Shown here: positions 8,284-17,877 of the stretch, piece by piece
How the letters are laid out: the number at the start of each line of letters is the position of its first letter
How positions within the stretch are numbered: position 1 is the stretch's first letter
Source of the DNA: Gemmatimonadota bacterium
Lineage (GTDB): Bacteria; Gemmatimonadota; Gemmatimonadetes; Gemmatimonadales; GWC2-71-9
Assembly: GCA_043744895.1 (NCBI GenBank)
Contig: JAYTTT010000379.1
Span: 59,745-123,744, forward strand
DNA: 64,000 nucleotides
Direction of reading: 5' to 3'
Position numbers and translations under genes: made by a program
The notes under the pieces: model-generated
The model's database searches: none
Seen by the model: the letters and a program-made list of their open reading frames with translations, nothing else
Told to the model about the DNA's origin: nothing

Positions 8284-9936
8284 ATGCGGACCTCTCCGGC
8301 CCTTCTCGTCCTTTTCCTCTCGGTGGAGCCCCTCATGGCTCAAGTCACCAGTCCCGCCACCCGGTCCGGCCGCTCGACGGTCTATGCACCCCGGGCCGCC
8401 GTCGCAACCAGTCAGCCGCTCGCCACCGGGGCCGCGCTCGCCATCCTCGAACAGGGTGGGAACGCCATCGACGCCGCCGTGGCCGCGGCGGCGGTGCTCA
8501 ATGTCACCGAACCCCAGATGACCGGGATGGGCGGCGACATGTTCGCGATCCTCTGGTCGGCCAAGGAGAAGCGCCTCGTTGGGCTCGATGCCTCGGGCAA
8601 ATCGGGCTCCAAAGTGGACGTCACGAAGCTTGTCGCCGCCGGGGCGACCCAGGTCCCTGCCACCGGAGCTCGGGCGGTGACCGTGCCGGGAGCCCTTGCG
8701 GGCTGGAATGCCCTCCTCACCAAGTACGGCACCAAGACGTTAGGCGACGTGTTGGCTCCGGCCATCCGGCTTGCCGAGGAGGGGTTTCCGGTCAGCCCCG
8801 TCATTGCCCAAGATTGGGCCACCGAGGTCGAGAAGCTTGCCCAAGACCCCGGCGCCCGCGCCGCCTACCTGGTCGACGGCGCCCGGGCACCGAAGCCCGG
8901 TGAGTGGTTCAAGAACCCGGACCAAGCCCGGACCTTCCGCCGGATCGCCACCGGCGGGATCGGCGTTTTCTACGGCGGCGACCTCGGCCGCGAGTTCGTC
9001 GCCGGTCTCGATCAGCTCGGCGGCTACCTCACCCTCGACGATCTCCGCGGGATGACACCCCGATGGGTCGAGCCGCTGTCAGTCAACTACAAGGGCTACA
9101 CTCTCCACGAGCTGCCGCCGGCCGGCCAAGGCGTGGCCGCGCTCCAGATGCTCAAGATGCTCGAAAACGTCGATCTCAAATCGATGGGCCACAATTCGGC
9201 CCGCTACCTCCACACCCTGATCGAGGCCAAGAAGTTGGCCCACGCCGATCTGGCCCGGTACGTCGCCGATCCCGACTACATGACCGTCAAGCCGGCGGCC
9301 CTGCTCGACAGCGGCTATCTCGCCCGCCGGGCCACGCTGATCGACTTCCGAAAAGCCGCCGACCGGCCCGCTCCCGGCGATATCGCCACCGCGAGCGAGA
9401 CGGTCTACCTCACAGTGGCCGACGCCGAGGGCAACATGGTGTCGTTCATCAACTCGATCTACAGCTACTTCGGATCGGGCGTCGTCATCCCGGGCACCGG
9501 CATCGTCCTCCAAAATCGGGGCGCCGGGTTCGTCCTGACCGAAGGCCACCCCAACCGGCTGGCTCCGAACAAGCGGCCCCTCCATACCATCATCCCGGCG
9601 TTCGTCACCCGGCAGGGTCAGCCGTGGCTCTCGTTTGGGGTGATGGGCGGCGACATGCAGCCCCAAGGACACGTCCAGGTGTTCCTCAACCTGGTGGAGT
9701 TCGGGATGGACCCGCAGGAAGCGATCGACGCGGCCCGGTTCCGGCACTTGGCGGGCCTAACGGTATCGGTCGAGAACCTTCCGGACGCCGTGGCCCGCGA
9801 GCTCACCGCCATGGGACACGAGCTCCGGGATCCGAAGGGCATCGCCTTCGGCGGCGGTCAGGCGATCATGAAACTGGTCCGGGGCTGGGCGGCGGCGTCC
9901 GATCCCCGGAAAGACGGCATGGCGGCGGGCCGTTGA
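8284..9936 (+). CDS. ggt: Gamma-glutamyltransferase
   Basis: GGNAIDAAVA, GMGGDMF, catalytic Thr (ETVYL), NKRPLHTIIP, GVMGG and SDPRKDG motifs; signal peptide. Confidence 0.95.
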   Translation: MRTSPALLVLFLSVEPLMAQVTSPATRSGRSTVYAPRAAVATSQPLATGAALAILEQGGNAIDAAVAAAAVLNVTEPQMTGMGGDMFAILWSAKEKRLVGLDASGKSGSKVDVTKLVAAGATQVPATGARAVTVPGALAGWNALLTKYGTKTLGDVLAPAIRLAEEGFPVSPVIAQDWATEVEKLAQDPGARAAYLVDGARAPKPGEWFKNPDQARTFRRIATGGIGVFYGGDLGREFVAGLDQLGGYLTLDDLRGMTPRWVEPLSVNYKGYTLHELPPAGQGVAALQMLKMLENVDLKSMGHNSARYLHTLIEAKKLAHADLARYVADPDYMTVKPAALLDSGYLARRATLIDFRKAADRPAPGDIATASETVYLTVADAEGNMVSFINSIYSYFGSGVVIPGTGIVLQNRGAGFVLTEGHPNRLAPNKRPLHTIIPAFVTRQGQPWLSFGVMGGDMQPQGHVQVFLNLVEFGMDPQEAIDAARFRHLAGLTVSVENLPDAVARELTAMGHELRDPKGIAFGGGQAIMKLVRGWAAASDPRKDGMAAGR

Positions 9937-11291
9937 TGCCGGACTCCGCCATCCGGACCCTGCTCCTCGACGCGGCCGACCGCGGCGTCCGGTACCGCGA
10001 ATCGCTTGAGGCGCGGCCGGTGGCGCCCACCGCCGAGGCCCTCGCCGCGCTCACCCAGTTCCGCCAGCCCTTGCCCGAACAGGGCACCGACGCCTCAGCC
10101 GTCATCGCGCGGCTCGATCAGCTCGGCTCGGCGGCCACCGTCACGATGAGCGGGGGCCGGTATTTCGGCTTCGTCAACGGCAGTTCGCTGCCGGTGACGG
10201 TCGCGTCGAACTGGCTCGCCACCGCCTGGGATCAGAACTGCGCCCTTCACGTGATGTCGCCCGCCGCCGCGGTGATCGAAGAAGTTGCCCTTCGGTGGAC
10301 CATCGACGCGCTTCGGCTTCCGGCCACGGCCGGGGCGTTCGTCGTCGGCGCCACCATGGCCAACTTCACCGCCTTGGCCGCCGCCCGGCACGCCGTCTTG
10401 CAGCGAACCGGATGGGACGTCGACAACGACGGCCTGTTTGGCGCCCCGTCGATTACGGTCATCGTCGGTGACGAGGTCCACGCCACCGTCCGCCGAGTCC
10501 TCGGACTCCTGGGACTCGGCCGGTCTCGTACCGTCGCGGTTCCGGTCGATGACCAGGGCCGGATCCGGGCCGATGCTCTTCCCGGAATCGAGGGCCCGAC
10601 CATCGTCTGCATTCAGGCCGGCAACGTCAATACCGGGGCCTTCGATCCGGCGCGCCGGATTTGCGACTGGGCCAGACTCCACAACGCCTGGGTCCACGTG
10701 GACGGCGCGTTCGGCCTCTGGGCTCGAGCCGTGCCCTCGCTCGCCCGGTTGGTCGATGGCTATGACTTGGCCGACTCGTGGGCCACCGACGCGCACAAAT
10801 GGCTCAACGTCCCGTACGACTGTGGCGTGGCCATGGTGAAGGACGAGTCGGCGCTTCGCGCCGCCATGGCGATGACCGCCGCGTACTTACCCCCGTCCGG
10901 CGTCCGCGATCCGATGCACTGGTCGCCCGACGGCTCCCGCCGGGCCCGCGCGGTCGATGTCTGGGCCGCCTTCCAATACCTCGGGCGCCACGGGGTCGCA
11001 GCCTTGGTCGAGCGGTGCTGTCACCACGCCGCCCGAATGGCCGCGGCGCTCCGCGCGGCGGGACACGAGGTCCTGAATCAGGTGGACCTGAACCAGGTCT
11101 TGGTCGCCTTCGGCGACGACGCCACGACCAACCGGGTCATCGCCCGGGTCCAGGCCGCCGGCGTCTGCTGGTGCGGCGGGACCCGGTGGCAGGGTCGCGA
11201 TGCCATGCGAATCAGCGTGTCGTCCTGGGCCACCACCGATGCCGATGTTGACCAATCGATCGCCTCGATCCTCCGGGAGGCCGCATCATGA
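9936..11291 (+). CDS. PLP-dependent group II amino-acid decarboxylase
   Basis: True start MPDSAIR at 9936 overlaps the ggt stop; HVDGAFG and DAHKWLNVPYDCG (PLP Lys). Confidence 0.9.
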   Translation: MPDSAIRTLLLDAADRGVRYRESLEARPVAPTAEALAALTQFRQPLPEQGTDASAVIARLDQLGSAATVTMSGGRYFGFVNGSSLPVTVASNWLATAWDQNCALHVMSPAAAVIEEVALRWTIDALRLPATAGAFVVGATMANFTALAAARHAVLQRTGWDVDNDGLFGAPSITVIVGDEVHATVRRVLGLLGLGRSRTVAVPVDDQGRIRADALPGIEGPTIVCIQAGNVNTGAFDPARRICDWARLHNAWVHVDGAFGLWARAVPSLARLVDGYDLADSWATDAHKWLNVPYDCGVAMVKDESALRAAMAMTAAYLPPSGVRDPMHWSPDGSRRARAVDVWAAFQYLGRHGVAALVERCCHHAARMAAALRAAGHEVLNQVDLNQVLVAFGDDATTNRVIARVQAAGVCWCGGTRWQGRDAMRISVSSWATTDADVDQSIASILREAAS

Positions 11292-12576
11292 CCCGAATCG
11301 CGCTCCATTCGATCGCTTGGCTCGCCGTGGCGGTGACGATCGCCCCGCTCCCGGCCCAAACCCCCGCCCGGCCGGCCGTCGTGGCCATCAAAGCGGGCCA
11401 CTTGATCGATGGCCGCGGCGGACCACCGGTTACCAACGTAGTGATCGTGATCGAAGGCGACCGGATCGTCGCCGTCGGACCCGGCGTTGCAATTCCGGCG
11501 GGCGCCCGGATCATCGATCTCTCCCGCGCAACCGTCCTACCGGGACTGATCGACTGCCACACCCACATCACCGCGGCCCCCGGCGCTGCCGACGATCAGT
11601 TCCGCCGAACTTTCGTTGACGCGGCAATCCTGGCGCCGATCTACGCCAAGTCAACCATCGAGGCGGGGTTCACCACCATCCGGGATCTCGGCGCCCCCCA
11701 GTTCGTGGACGTGAGCCTCCGCAACGCTATCGACCGCGGCGACATTGCCGGGCCCCGGATCATCGCCGCCACCATGGGCATCAGCGCCACCGGCGGCCAC
11801 GGCGACGCCAACGGCCTCTCGCCCTATCTCCACAGCGACGAGTTCTCGGGCGTCGCCGATGGGGTCGACGAGATCCGCAAGAAGATTCGCTTCGAGGTCA
11901 AATACGGCGCCGGGGTCATCAAGGTGATGGCCACCGCGGGCGCGATGTCGGAGGAAGAATCGGTCGAGGCGGCGCTCTACACCCAGGCCGAACTCGACGC
12001 GGTGGTCGATGAAGCCCGGATCTGGGGCCGCCGGGTGGCGGCCCATGCCCACGGTGCCGAAGGGATCAAGCGGGCGGTGCGAGCCGGCGTCGCCTCGATC
12101 GACCACGGGACGTTTCTCGACGAGGAAGGGGCTCGGCTGATGGCGGAGCGCGGCACCTATCTGGTCAAGGATTCCTACGAAGACCGGTGGTTCCTCGAAC
12201 GGGCTCCCGGCTGGGGCTACCCCAAAATCATCCTGGAGAAGCTGGCCAAGATCGTCCAAGGGCACGAGGCGGCGTTTCGGCTGGCCCGAAAGCACGGGGT
12301 GAAGATCGCCTTTGGGACTGACGTCGGGATGTTACCGCACGGGGAGAACGCCAAACAATTTCGCGACTATCTGGCCTGGGACATGTCGCCGATGGATGCG
12401 ATCCTCACGGCCACTCGAAACGCCGCCGACCTCCTCGGCATGAGCGACCGGATCGGCGCGGTCGCTCCCGGATTGCTGGCCGATCTGATCGCCGTCCCCG
12501 GCGATCCCCTGGCTGACCCGACCCTGCTCGAGCGGGTCAGCTTCGTTATGAAGGGGGCGCCGTGGTGAAGCCGTAG
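11288..12576 (+). CDS. Secreted metal-dependent amidohydrolase (Xaa-Pro dipeptidase-like), probable 1-nt frameshift at the extreme 3' end
   Basis: PGLIDCHTH, AHAHG, IDHG and FGTD motifs. As given it ends FVMKGAPW at 12568; one extra G in the run 12553-12557 gives the typical FVMKGGAVVKP* ending at 12576. Confidence 0.88.
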
Positions 12577-12582
12577 CGGCGC

Positions 12583-13503
12583 TCAGGGCTTGATCGTAAT
12601 CCGGCCCGGCCTCGGAACGAGGGTTGGCTCCCCGCTCATCGGCATCCCCGGGTTGGTATCGAGGATGTCTCCCTTCTCGTCCCAGATCTTGATCCGGATC
12701 CGATCGGCGCCGGTCCCTCGTTCACCTTGATGGCCATCGACCGCTGTGACCATGAAGGAGACCGGCCGGCGGCCATTGAGTTTGCCGCGACCGGAGAGCT
12801 CGGCTCGCTTGCCATTGATATCAAGCTTGGTGATCTCGGTCGAGTGGAAGCCAAGCCGGGCCCTGGGAACTTGGAGAGACACACCGCCCCGGAGTTTCCG
12901 GGCCTCCTTCGAGAAACGGGCCTCCAGCTCGAACCAGATCGCCACTTCCTTGGCTTCAAGCCCGGCAACCGCGCCGGCCCCGACCCCGAGCCGGCCGGCT
13001 CCACCGATCGATCCGGTTTGCGGGCCCGGGGGCACTGGCGGCGGGGGCGGCGGCAGGGGCGGAGCCACGGCAGCAACCGTGATCCCGATCGTGTCGGCGC
13101 CGGTGCCACCCATCTGGTCGATGATTGACACGATGATCTGATAGGTCCCCGGAGCGGAATACACGTTGGAGGCCGTGCAGGTGCCGGTTCCGGCACTTTC
13201 GGTGACGGTGCCCGGACCGGCCGCCAGCTGCCAATCAACGGAGCAGGTATGGGTATCGTTGACGTCCAGGTCGGTGAAGTCGGCGCTCAGCGGCACCGCC
13301 GAGCCGACCGCGACCGTGGCGCCGTTGGCAGGAGTGGTGACCTTGACCGTCGGGAGGGCGTTGTTTCCTGCGGGCGGCGGGCCCGCCTGAATGGGGACGG
13401 TGGGAGCACGAGTCTCTCCCGGTGCCAGGGGCGACTCGGTGCCCGAACTACAGGCCGCCAAGCCAAGAACCATCCATCCAACCAGGGAAGACCGAACCGA
13501 CAT
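12583..13503 (-). CDS. Lipoprotein with PKD/Ig-like domain and Pro-rich linker
   Basis: Lipobox LAAC; FTDLDVNDTHTCSVDW...YSAPGTY PKD-like segment; poly-Pro linker; C-terminal DRIRIKIWD domain. Confidence 0.7.
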   Translation of the reverse strand: MSVRSSLVGWMVLGLAACSSGTESPLAPGETRAPTVPIQAGPPPAGNNALPTVKVTTPANGATVAVGSAVPLSADFTDLDVNDTHTCSVDWQLAAGPGTVTESAGTGTCTASNVYSAPGTYQIIVSIIDQMGGTGADTIGITVAAVAPPLPPPPPPVPPGPQTGSIGGAGRLGVGAGAVAGLEAKEVAIWFELEARFSKEARKLRGGVSLQVPRARLGFHSTEITKLDINGKRAELSGRGKLNGRRPVSFMVTAVDGHQGERGTGADRIRIKIWDEKGDILDTNPGMPMSGEPTLVPRPGRITIKP

Positions 13504-13691
13504 ATGACCTCCGCGAATCGCGCTAGGACGTTGCCTAACATTGCTACCCGCCTAACACTTGCTCGGGGCGGCATTCGGCGCAATTCCCAGAAATCAGCCG
13601 GGTGTCGGACGCTCGGACGGTAATTTGGAGGTGAACGATATTGCGACACCGGTTCTGCAAGACCCTGCGCGCCTGGCCGGCAAACCTCCTC

Positions 13692-15017
13692 TTAAGAGCG
13701 GCCTGACCGGGGCGGAACCGGAGAGTCTCGATCCGCGGCGATGACCGCGTTCAGGAGCACGTCCGCCCCGCGGGCGACATCGTCCGGCCGGCTGAACTCC
13801 CGGGGCGAATGGCTGATCCCCCCCACGCTCGGCACGAAGATCATCCCCATCGGGGCGATTCGGGCCATCTCCTGGGCATCATGCCCCGCGCCGCTCGGCA
13901 TCCGCTGCCGAGTCAGCCCGAGCGAGGCGGCACTGGCCTCGACCCAGTCCATGACCCGAGCGTCGGCGATGGCGGGTTCGCTGTCCACCAGGGACTTGAA
14001 GCCGAAGGTCGTCCCGGTCGCGGCGCCGATGTCGCGCCCCAGCTGCTCGAACCGGGCGCTGAACCGCTCCAGCTTTGCCGAGTCGAGGTCCCGCAGATCC
14101 ACCGACAGGACGACCTGGCCGGGAATTACATTGGTGGTGTTAGGCGAAGCGACCAGCCGCCCCACCGTGGCCACTTGACGGCCCGGCTCGGCGACGACGG
14201 CGTCATGCACGGCGACGGTGAACCGGGCGGCCGCGAGCATCGCGTCGTGCCGCTGGTCCATCGGCGTCGTCCCGGCATGGTTCGCCAAGCCGTCGATGGT
14301 GACCTCGATCCATCGAAGCCCCACGATGCCCTGCACCACGCCGATCTGAAGGTCCGCTTTCTCGAGTAACCCACCCTGCTCGATGTGGAGCTCGATGTAG
14401 CACGCAAGGTCGCCCGGCTTCCGGACCGCTTCGCTCAACCGGGCCACGTCGCCCCCCACGATCCCGATACCTTCGCGGATGGTTTTTCCGGAGCGGGCCC
14501 TCTTGTCGAGATCGGCATCGCGAAGCGTCCCAATCGCGAGCTTGCTGCCGATGGTGCCGCCCTCCTCGTTTTGCCAGACCACCACCTCGACCGGATGACG
14601 TGGACGGACACCCTGCTCGCGAAGTGACCTGGCCGCTTCGATGGCGGCGAACGAGCCAACCGGCCCGTCGTAATTGCCGCCATCGGTGACGGAATCGACG
14701 TGGGACCCGATCAGAATCGGCGGGAGCGAGGGATCGCTGCCCGGGAGCCTGCCGAGGATATTGCCCGCGGCGTCGAGCCGCGGAGCCAGTCCCGCTTGGC
14801 GAAAGAGATCGAGGGTGAACCGGCGCCCGGCAAGGTCGGCTTCGGAGTACGCCACCCGGTTGATCCCGCCAGGCGTCCGGCCGATCTGGTCGAACTGCGC
14901 CAGCCAGCCGTTCAAGCGGGCGCCATTCACGTGGAGCGGGGCAACTCGGTCCGGGAACCGGACCAGGGGGACTGCGGCGAGCGCCGCCGCCTGACGGAGA
15001 AAGCGGCGGCGCTTCAT
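13692..15017 (-). CDS. M20 Zn-dependent hydrolase (allantoate amidohydrolase / N-carbamoyl-amino-acid hydrolase family), Tat substrate
   Basis: KRRRFL Tat motif; GSHVDSV, GNYDG, NEEG, ELHIEQG, NHAGTTPM, SGAGHDA and GISHSP motifs. Confidence 0.92.
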   Translation of the reverse strand: MKRRRFLRQAAALAAVPLVRFPDRVAPLHVNGARLNGWLAQFDQIGRTPGGINRVAYSEADLAGRRFTLDLFRQAGLAPRLDAAGNILGRLPGSDPSLPPILIGSHVDSVTDGGNYDGPVGSFAAIEAARSLREQGVRPRHPVEVVVWQNEEGGTIGSKLAIGTLRDADLDKRARSGKTIREGIGIVGGDVARLSEAVRKPGDLACYIELHIEQGGLLEKADLQIGVVQGIVGLRWIEVTIDGLANHAGTTPMDQRHDAMLAAARFTVAVHDAVVAEPGRQVATVGRLVASPNTTNVIPGQVVLSVDLRDLDSAKLERFSARFEQLGRDIGAATGTTFGFKSLVDSEPAIADARVMDWVEASAASLGLTRQRMPSGAGHDAQEMARIAPMGMIFVPSVGGISHSPREFSRPDDVARGADVLLNAVIAADRDSPVPPRSGRS

Positions 15018-15023
15018 GGCCGG

Positions 15024-15572
15024 CTACTTGGGAGGAACCACCGCGTCGATGACGTGCACGATGCCATTGGAGCCCCGAATCGACGCCACGATCTTGGCAT
15101 CGCCGAAAAAGGTGTCCGGGCCTTTCTTCGAGATCGTGGCCGAGGTCCCGTCAGCCATTCCGAGGACCTGCCCGTCGGTGAGTTCGGCAACTTGATAGAC
15201 GGAGGTAGTGACATGGTGCCGAAGAATACTCTGGAGCGTCGCCAAATTGGCGGGCTTGAGGAGATCCTCGACGGTGCCCTTGGGCAGCTTGTCGAACGCC
15301 GCGTTGGTCGGAGCGAAGACCGTGTAGGGCCCTGAACTGGCGAGGACATCGACCAGCTTGGCGGCGGTGACGGCCGCAACCAACGTGGTATGGTCGGGCG
15401 AACCGGCTGCGATCTTGACGACGTCCTTCTGGGAACCGTCGTCCTTGACGGCGGCCATGCCGGCGGCGGGTGCCGACGCCGACCCCGACGAGGCCGGAGC
15501 CGCCGCGGGTTTCGGAGCGCAAGCCAGAACGAAGGGCAACAGAGCGGCGAGGGGACGGACCAGAGTTCGCAT
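15024..15572 (-). CDS. Fasciclin (FAS1) domain lipoprotein
   Basis: Lipobox VLAC; GPYTVFAPTNAAF and NGIVHVIDAV motifs. Confidence 0.92.
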   Translation of the reverse strand: MRTLVRPLAALLPFVLACAPKPAAAPASSGSASAPAAGMAAVKDDGSQKDVVKIAAGSPDHTTLVAAVTAAKLVDVLASSGPYTVFAPTNAAFDKLPKGTVEDLLKPANLATLQSILRHHVTTSVYQVAELTDGQVLGMADGTSATISKKGPDTFFGDAKIVASIRGSNGIVHVIDAVVPPK

Positions 15573-15692
15573 GGGGAAACCGGGGCTTGAGAGTGACCAT
15601 CGCGCCGGACGACGCGACCTCACCCAAGTTATGGTTGGCCGAAGCGCCGCCAAGGGTGCCGGCCCCACCATGAACGACATTTCACGGTAGCT

Positions 15693-17162
15693 TTAGCGTT
15701 GCGTCGGCCGCTTGGCACTCGTCGCGGCGTAAAGATCCGTCAAGTCCCAAAGGATCGTCTCCGGCCGGGCCGCGGTACCGGCCGCTCGAAAACCCGGCTC
15801 AAACCCGCCCGCTGCGACGAAAATGACCGGCGAGTCCGGCCGGGCGGCCCGGGCGGCCCAAGGAACCCCGGAGTCGACAAGGCGCTCCAGCATCGCTTCA
15901 TGATGGTGGAGCCATTTGGCACCGAGCGGCGACCGATTCCACTTGACCCCGCCGGTCATCACGCGCCCATCGGCCAGCGGCGCCACGATGTCGATCTCGA
16001 GCGAGCGGCGGTTCCGGTCCTGCCCTTCCCACCGACCCCATTCAGTGACCAGCGGGAGGCCTAACGCCGGCTGCTTCCGAATGTAGGCCTGCTCGGCCAT
16101 CAGCTCGAACAGATGGCCGAGGTAGGTGTCGAGGTGGGGTCGGACCGATTCCCGCCAGGCCGCCTTCGGGTCCTGTCGGGCCAGGGTCGCTTGGATCGGG
16201 GCCACAAATCGGTGGTAGAACCGAAGCGCGGGGTCGGCCAAGTGATAGCGGAAGGGTGTCGTCTTACCGGCCCCAATGTTCCGCCGCTGGCAGACCAGTT
16301 CGAGATCAACCAGCCGGGTGATTTTCTGCCGAATGCCCTTGTCCCCGGTCAGGCCAGCCAGTTGGGCAATGTCGTTGAGCGTGGTCCGGCCATCGGCGAT
16401 GGCACGGAGGATCGCGGCGTACGAGGTGATGTCGCGAAGGCCCGGCTCCTGAAGGAGCACTGTCTCGACCAGCCCTCGAACCACTCCGTCCGGCGCGATC
16501 AGCAACCGGGCTACGTTCGCGGCCACCGATTGGGTTCGATCGACCTCGGCCAGGTATCTCGGCATCCCGCCAAAGATCCCAAAAACGGCCGCTCGATCGG
16601 CAAGTTCCGGGTACGGCACCATGACGCCAGCGTCCCAGTAGTCGAATGGCGCGATCCGGCGCTTCCAGTCGAACCGGCCGTGGAGCGGGGCGGCGGCATC
16701 ATCGAGCGCCACCATGGTTCTGACGGCCGAGCCTGCGAGGAGCAGGAGGCGGGGCCGGCTCGGCCGGCGGGTCTCCCAAGCGGCGTTCAGTTCGCTCGCC
16801 ACGGCGGCAATCCCGGCCGAGTCGCCACCGAGATACTGGAATTCGTCGAGCACGAAGACCGTCGGTTCGACCCGGTCGAAGTCGAGCAACATCCGAAACA
16901 CGGTTCGCCAGGTCGGGTAGTCCGCCACAGCCAGCGATTGCCCCGACCAGGCGGCGAACTCGGTGACGAGGGCGGTCCGGTTTTGAACCTCGGTGGTGTC
17001 CGATGCGGTGAAGTAGAAGGCCTCATCACTCGACCAGAGCGACGTCAATAGGTACGTCTTGCCGACGCGGCGACGGCCATACATCAGCACGAGCTTGGGG
17101 GATCCAGCCTGGAGGAGTTCCGCCAGACGGGCTCGTTCATGGTCCCGGTCGATCAGTGTCAT
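15693..17162 (-). CDS. Archaeal-type ATPase (ATPase_2) with winged helix and C-terminal DUF234/PD-(D/E)xK-like domain
   Basis: GRRRVGKT Walker A, VLDEFQYL Walker B, GGMPRYL, YHLADPALRFY and EIDIVA...KW. Confidence 0.88.
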   Translation of the reverse strand: MTLIDRDHERARLAELLQAGSPKLVLMYGRRRVGKTYLLTSLWSSDEAFYFTASDTTEVQNRTALVTEFAAWSGQSLAVADYPTWRTVFRMLLDFDRVEPTVFVLDEFQYLGGDSAGIAAVASELNAAWETRRPSRPRLLLLAGSAVRTMVALDDAAAPLHGRFDWKRRIAPFDYWDAGVMVPYPELADRAAVFGIFGGMPRYLAEVDRTQSVAANVARLLIAPDGVVRGLVETVLLQEPGLRDITSYAAILRAIADGRTTLNDIAQLAGLTGDKGIRQKITRLVDLELVCQRRNIGAGKTTPFRYHLADPALRFYHRFVAPIQATLARQDPKAAWRESVRPHLDTYLGHLFELMAEQAYIRKQPALGLPLVTEWGRWEGQDRNRRSLEIDIVAPLADGRVMTGGVKWNRSPLGAKWLHHHEAMLERLVDSGVPWAARAARPDSPVIFVAAGGFEPGFRAAGTAARPETILWDLTDLYAATSAKRPTQR

Positions 17163-17190
17163 CGGAGCCCTCAATCCATGTCGGGCACGG

Positions 17191-17252
17191 CATACTATAA
17201 CATTACAAAGCTATTATGTCAAGACATTATAGTATTATAACATTATAGTTTG
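17191..17252. promoter_or_regulatory. AT-rich, repeat-containing upstream region of the ATPase gene
   Basis: TATAACATTA at 17196 and 17236; ACATTATAGT at 17224 and 17240; ACTATAA (17194) is inverted relative to TTATAGT (17227, 17243). Confidence 0.6.
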
Positions 17253-17272
17253 CTTGATGGCGGCCGGCCGTC

Positions 17273-17818
17273 TCAGAGACCGCGGGCGTGCGCCAGGTAC
17301 GCTGCTTCGAGCTGCGGCGCGGTCTTACCGGTTTGGGTCAGGATCTCCTGGATCAGGGCCTCCCACTGAAGCGCGGCCCCAGCAACCGGATTGCCCCGGG
17401 CGTCGAGTGCGGCCCCCCGCAACTGAGCCGGCCCCTTGATGACGGTATCGGCGGGCAGGAGGCGGACGGACGCCACCACCTGAGCCACGGTAACGGTGGC
17501 CGAGCCGCTGGCTGACCCGACCACGGCTGATATCGTCGTCTGCCCGTTGCCGACCGCAGTGACGGTGCCTGAGGCAACGGTGGCCACCGCCGGGTTCGAT
17601 GAATTCCAGGTCGGGGTCTGGGTCCCGACCGACCCGTTGGAGAGCCGGACCTCGGCGGTAAATGTCGTTGCCTCGCCCAGGGACGCCAGGGTCTCGGATT
17701 CCGGCGACACGGCCACGGACTGGACGGTCGGGGGCGGCGGCGGGGGCGGCTCGGTCGGCGTCTTCTTACAACCCGCGGCGGCGATGACGAGCATCCCAAG
17801 GGCGAATGGGCGAAGCAT
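17273..17818 (-). CDS. Ig-like (Big_2) lipoprotein, apparently internally deleted
   Basis: Lipobox AAGC; TWNSSNPAVATVASGTVTAVGNGQTTISA Big_2 repeat; the second repeat stops after ALQWEAL and joins an unrelated helical tail. Confidence 0.7.
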   Translation of the reverse strand: MLRPFALGMLVIAAAGCKKTPTEPPPPPPPTVQSVAVSPESETLASLGEATTFTAEVRLSNGSVGTQTPTWNSSNPAVATVASGTVTAVGNGQTTISAVVGSASGSATVTVAQVVASVRLLPADTVIKGPAQLRGAALDARGNPVAGAALQWEALIQEILTQTGKTAPQLEAAYLAHARGL

Positions 17819-17877
17819 GGGGTAGGGTCTCCAGGGCAAGCGGGTTGGAACGGTGCTGGTTATCCCCACCACGTCGG

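Noticed and set aside
8904-9935. N-terminal 344 aa of the 795-aa ORF
   Set aside because: Out-of-frame overlap with ggt; low-complexity Arg/Pro sequence. The decarboxylase starts at 9936.
17191-17252. CRISPR leader/array or replication origin
   Set aside because: Repeats are about 10 nt with no spacers, no cas genes and no DnaA-box cluster.
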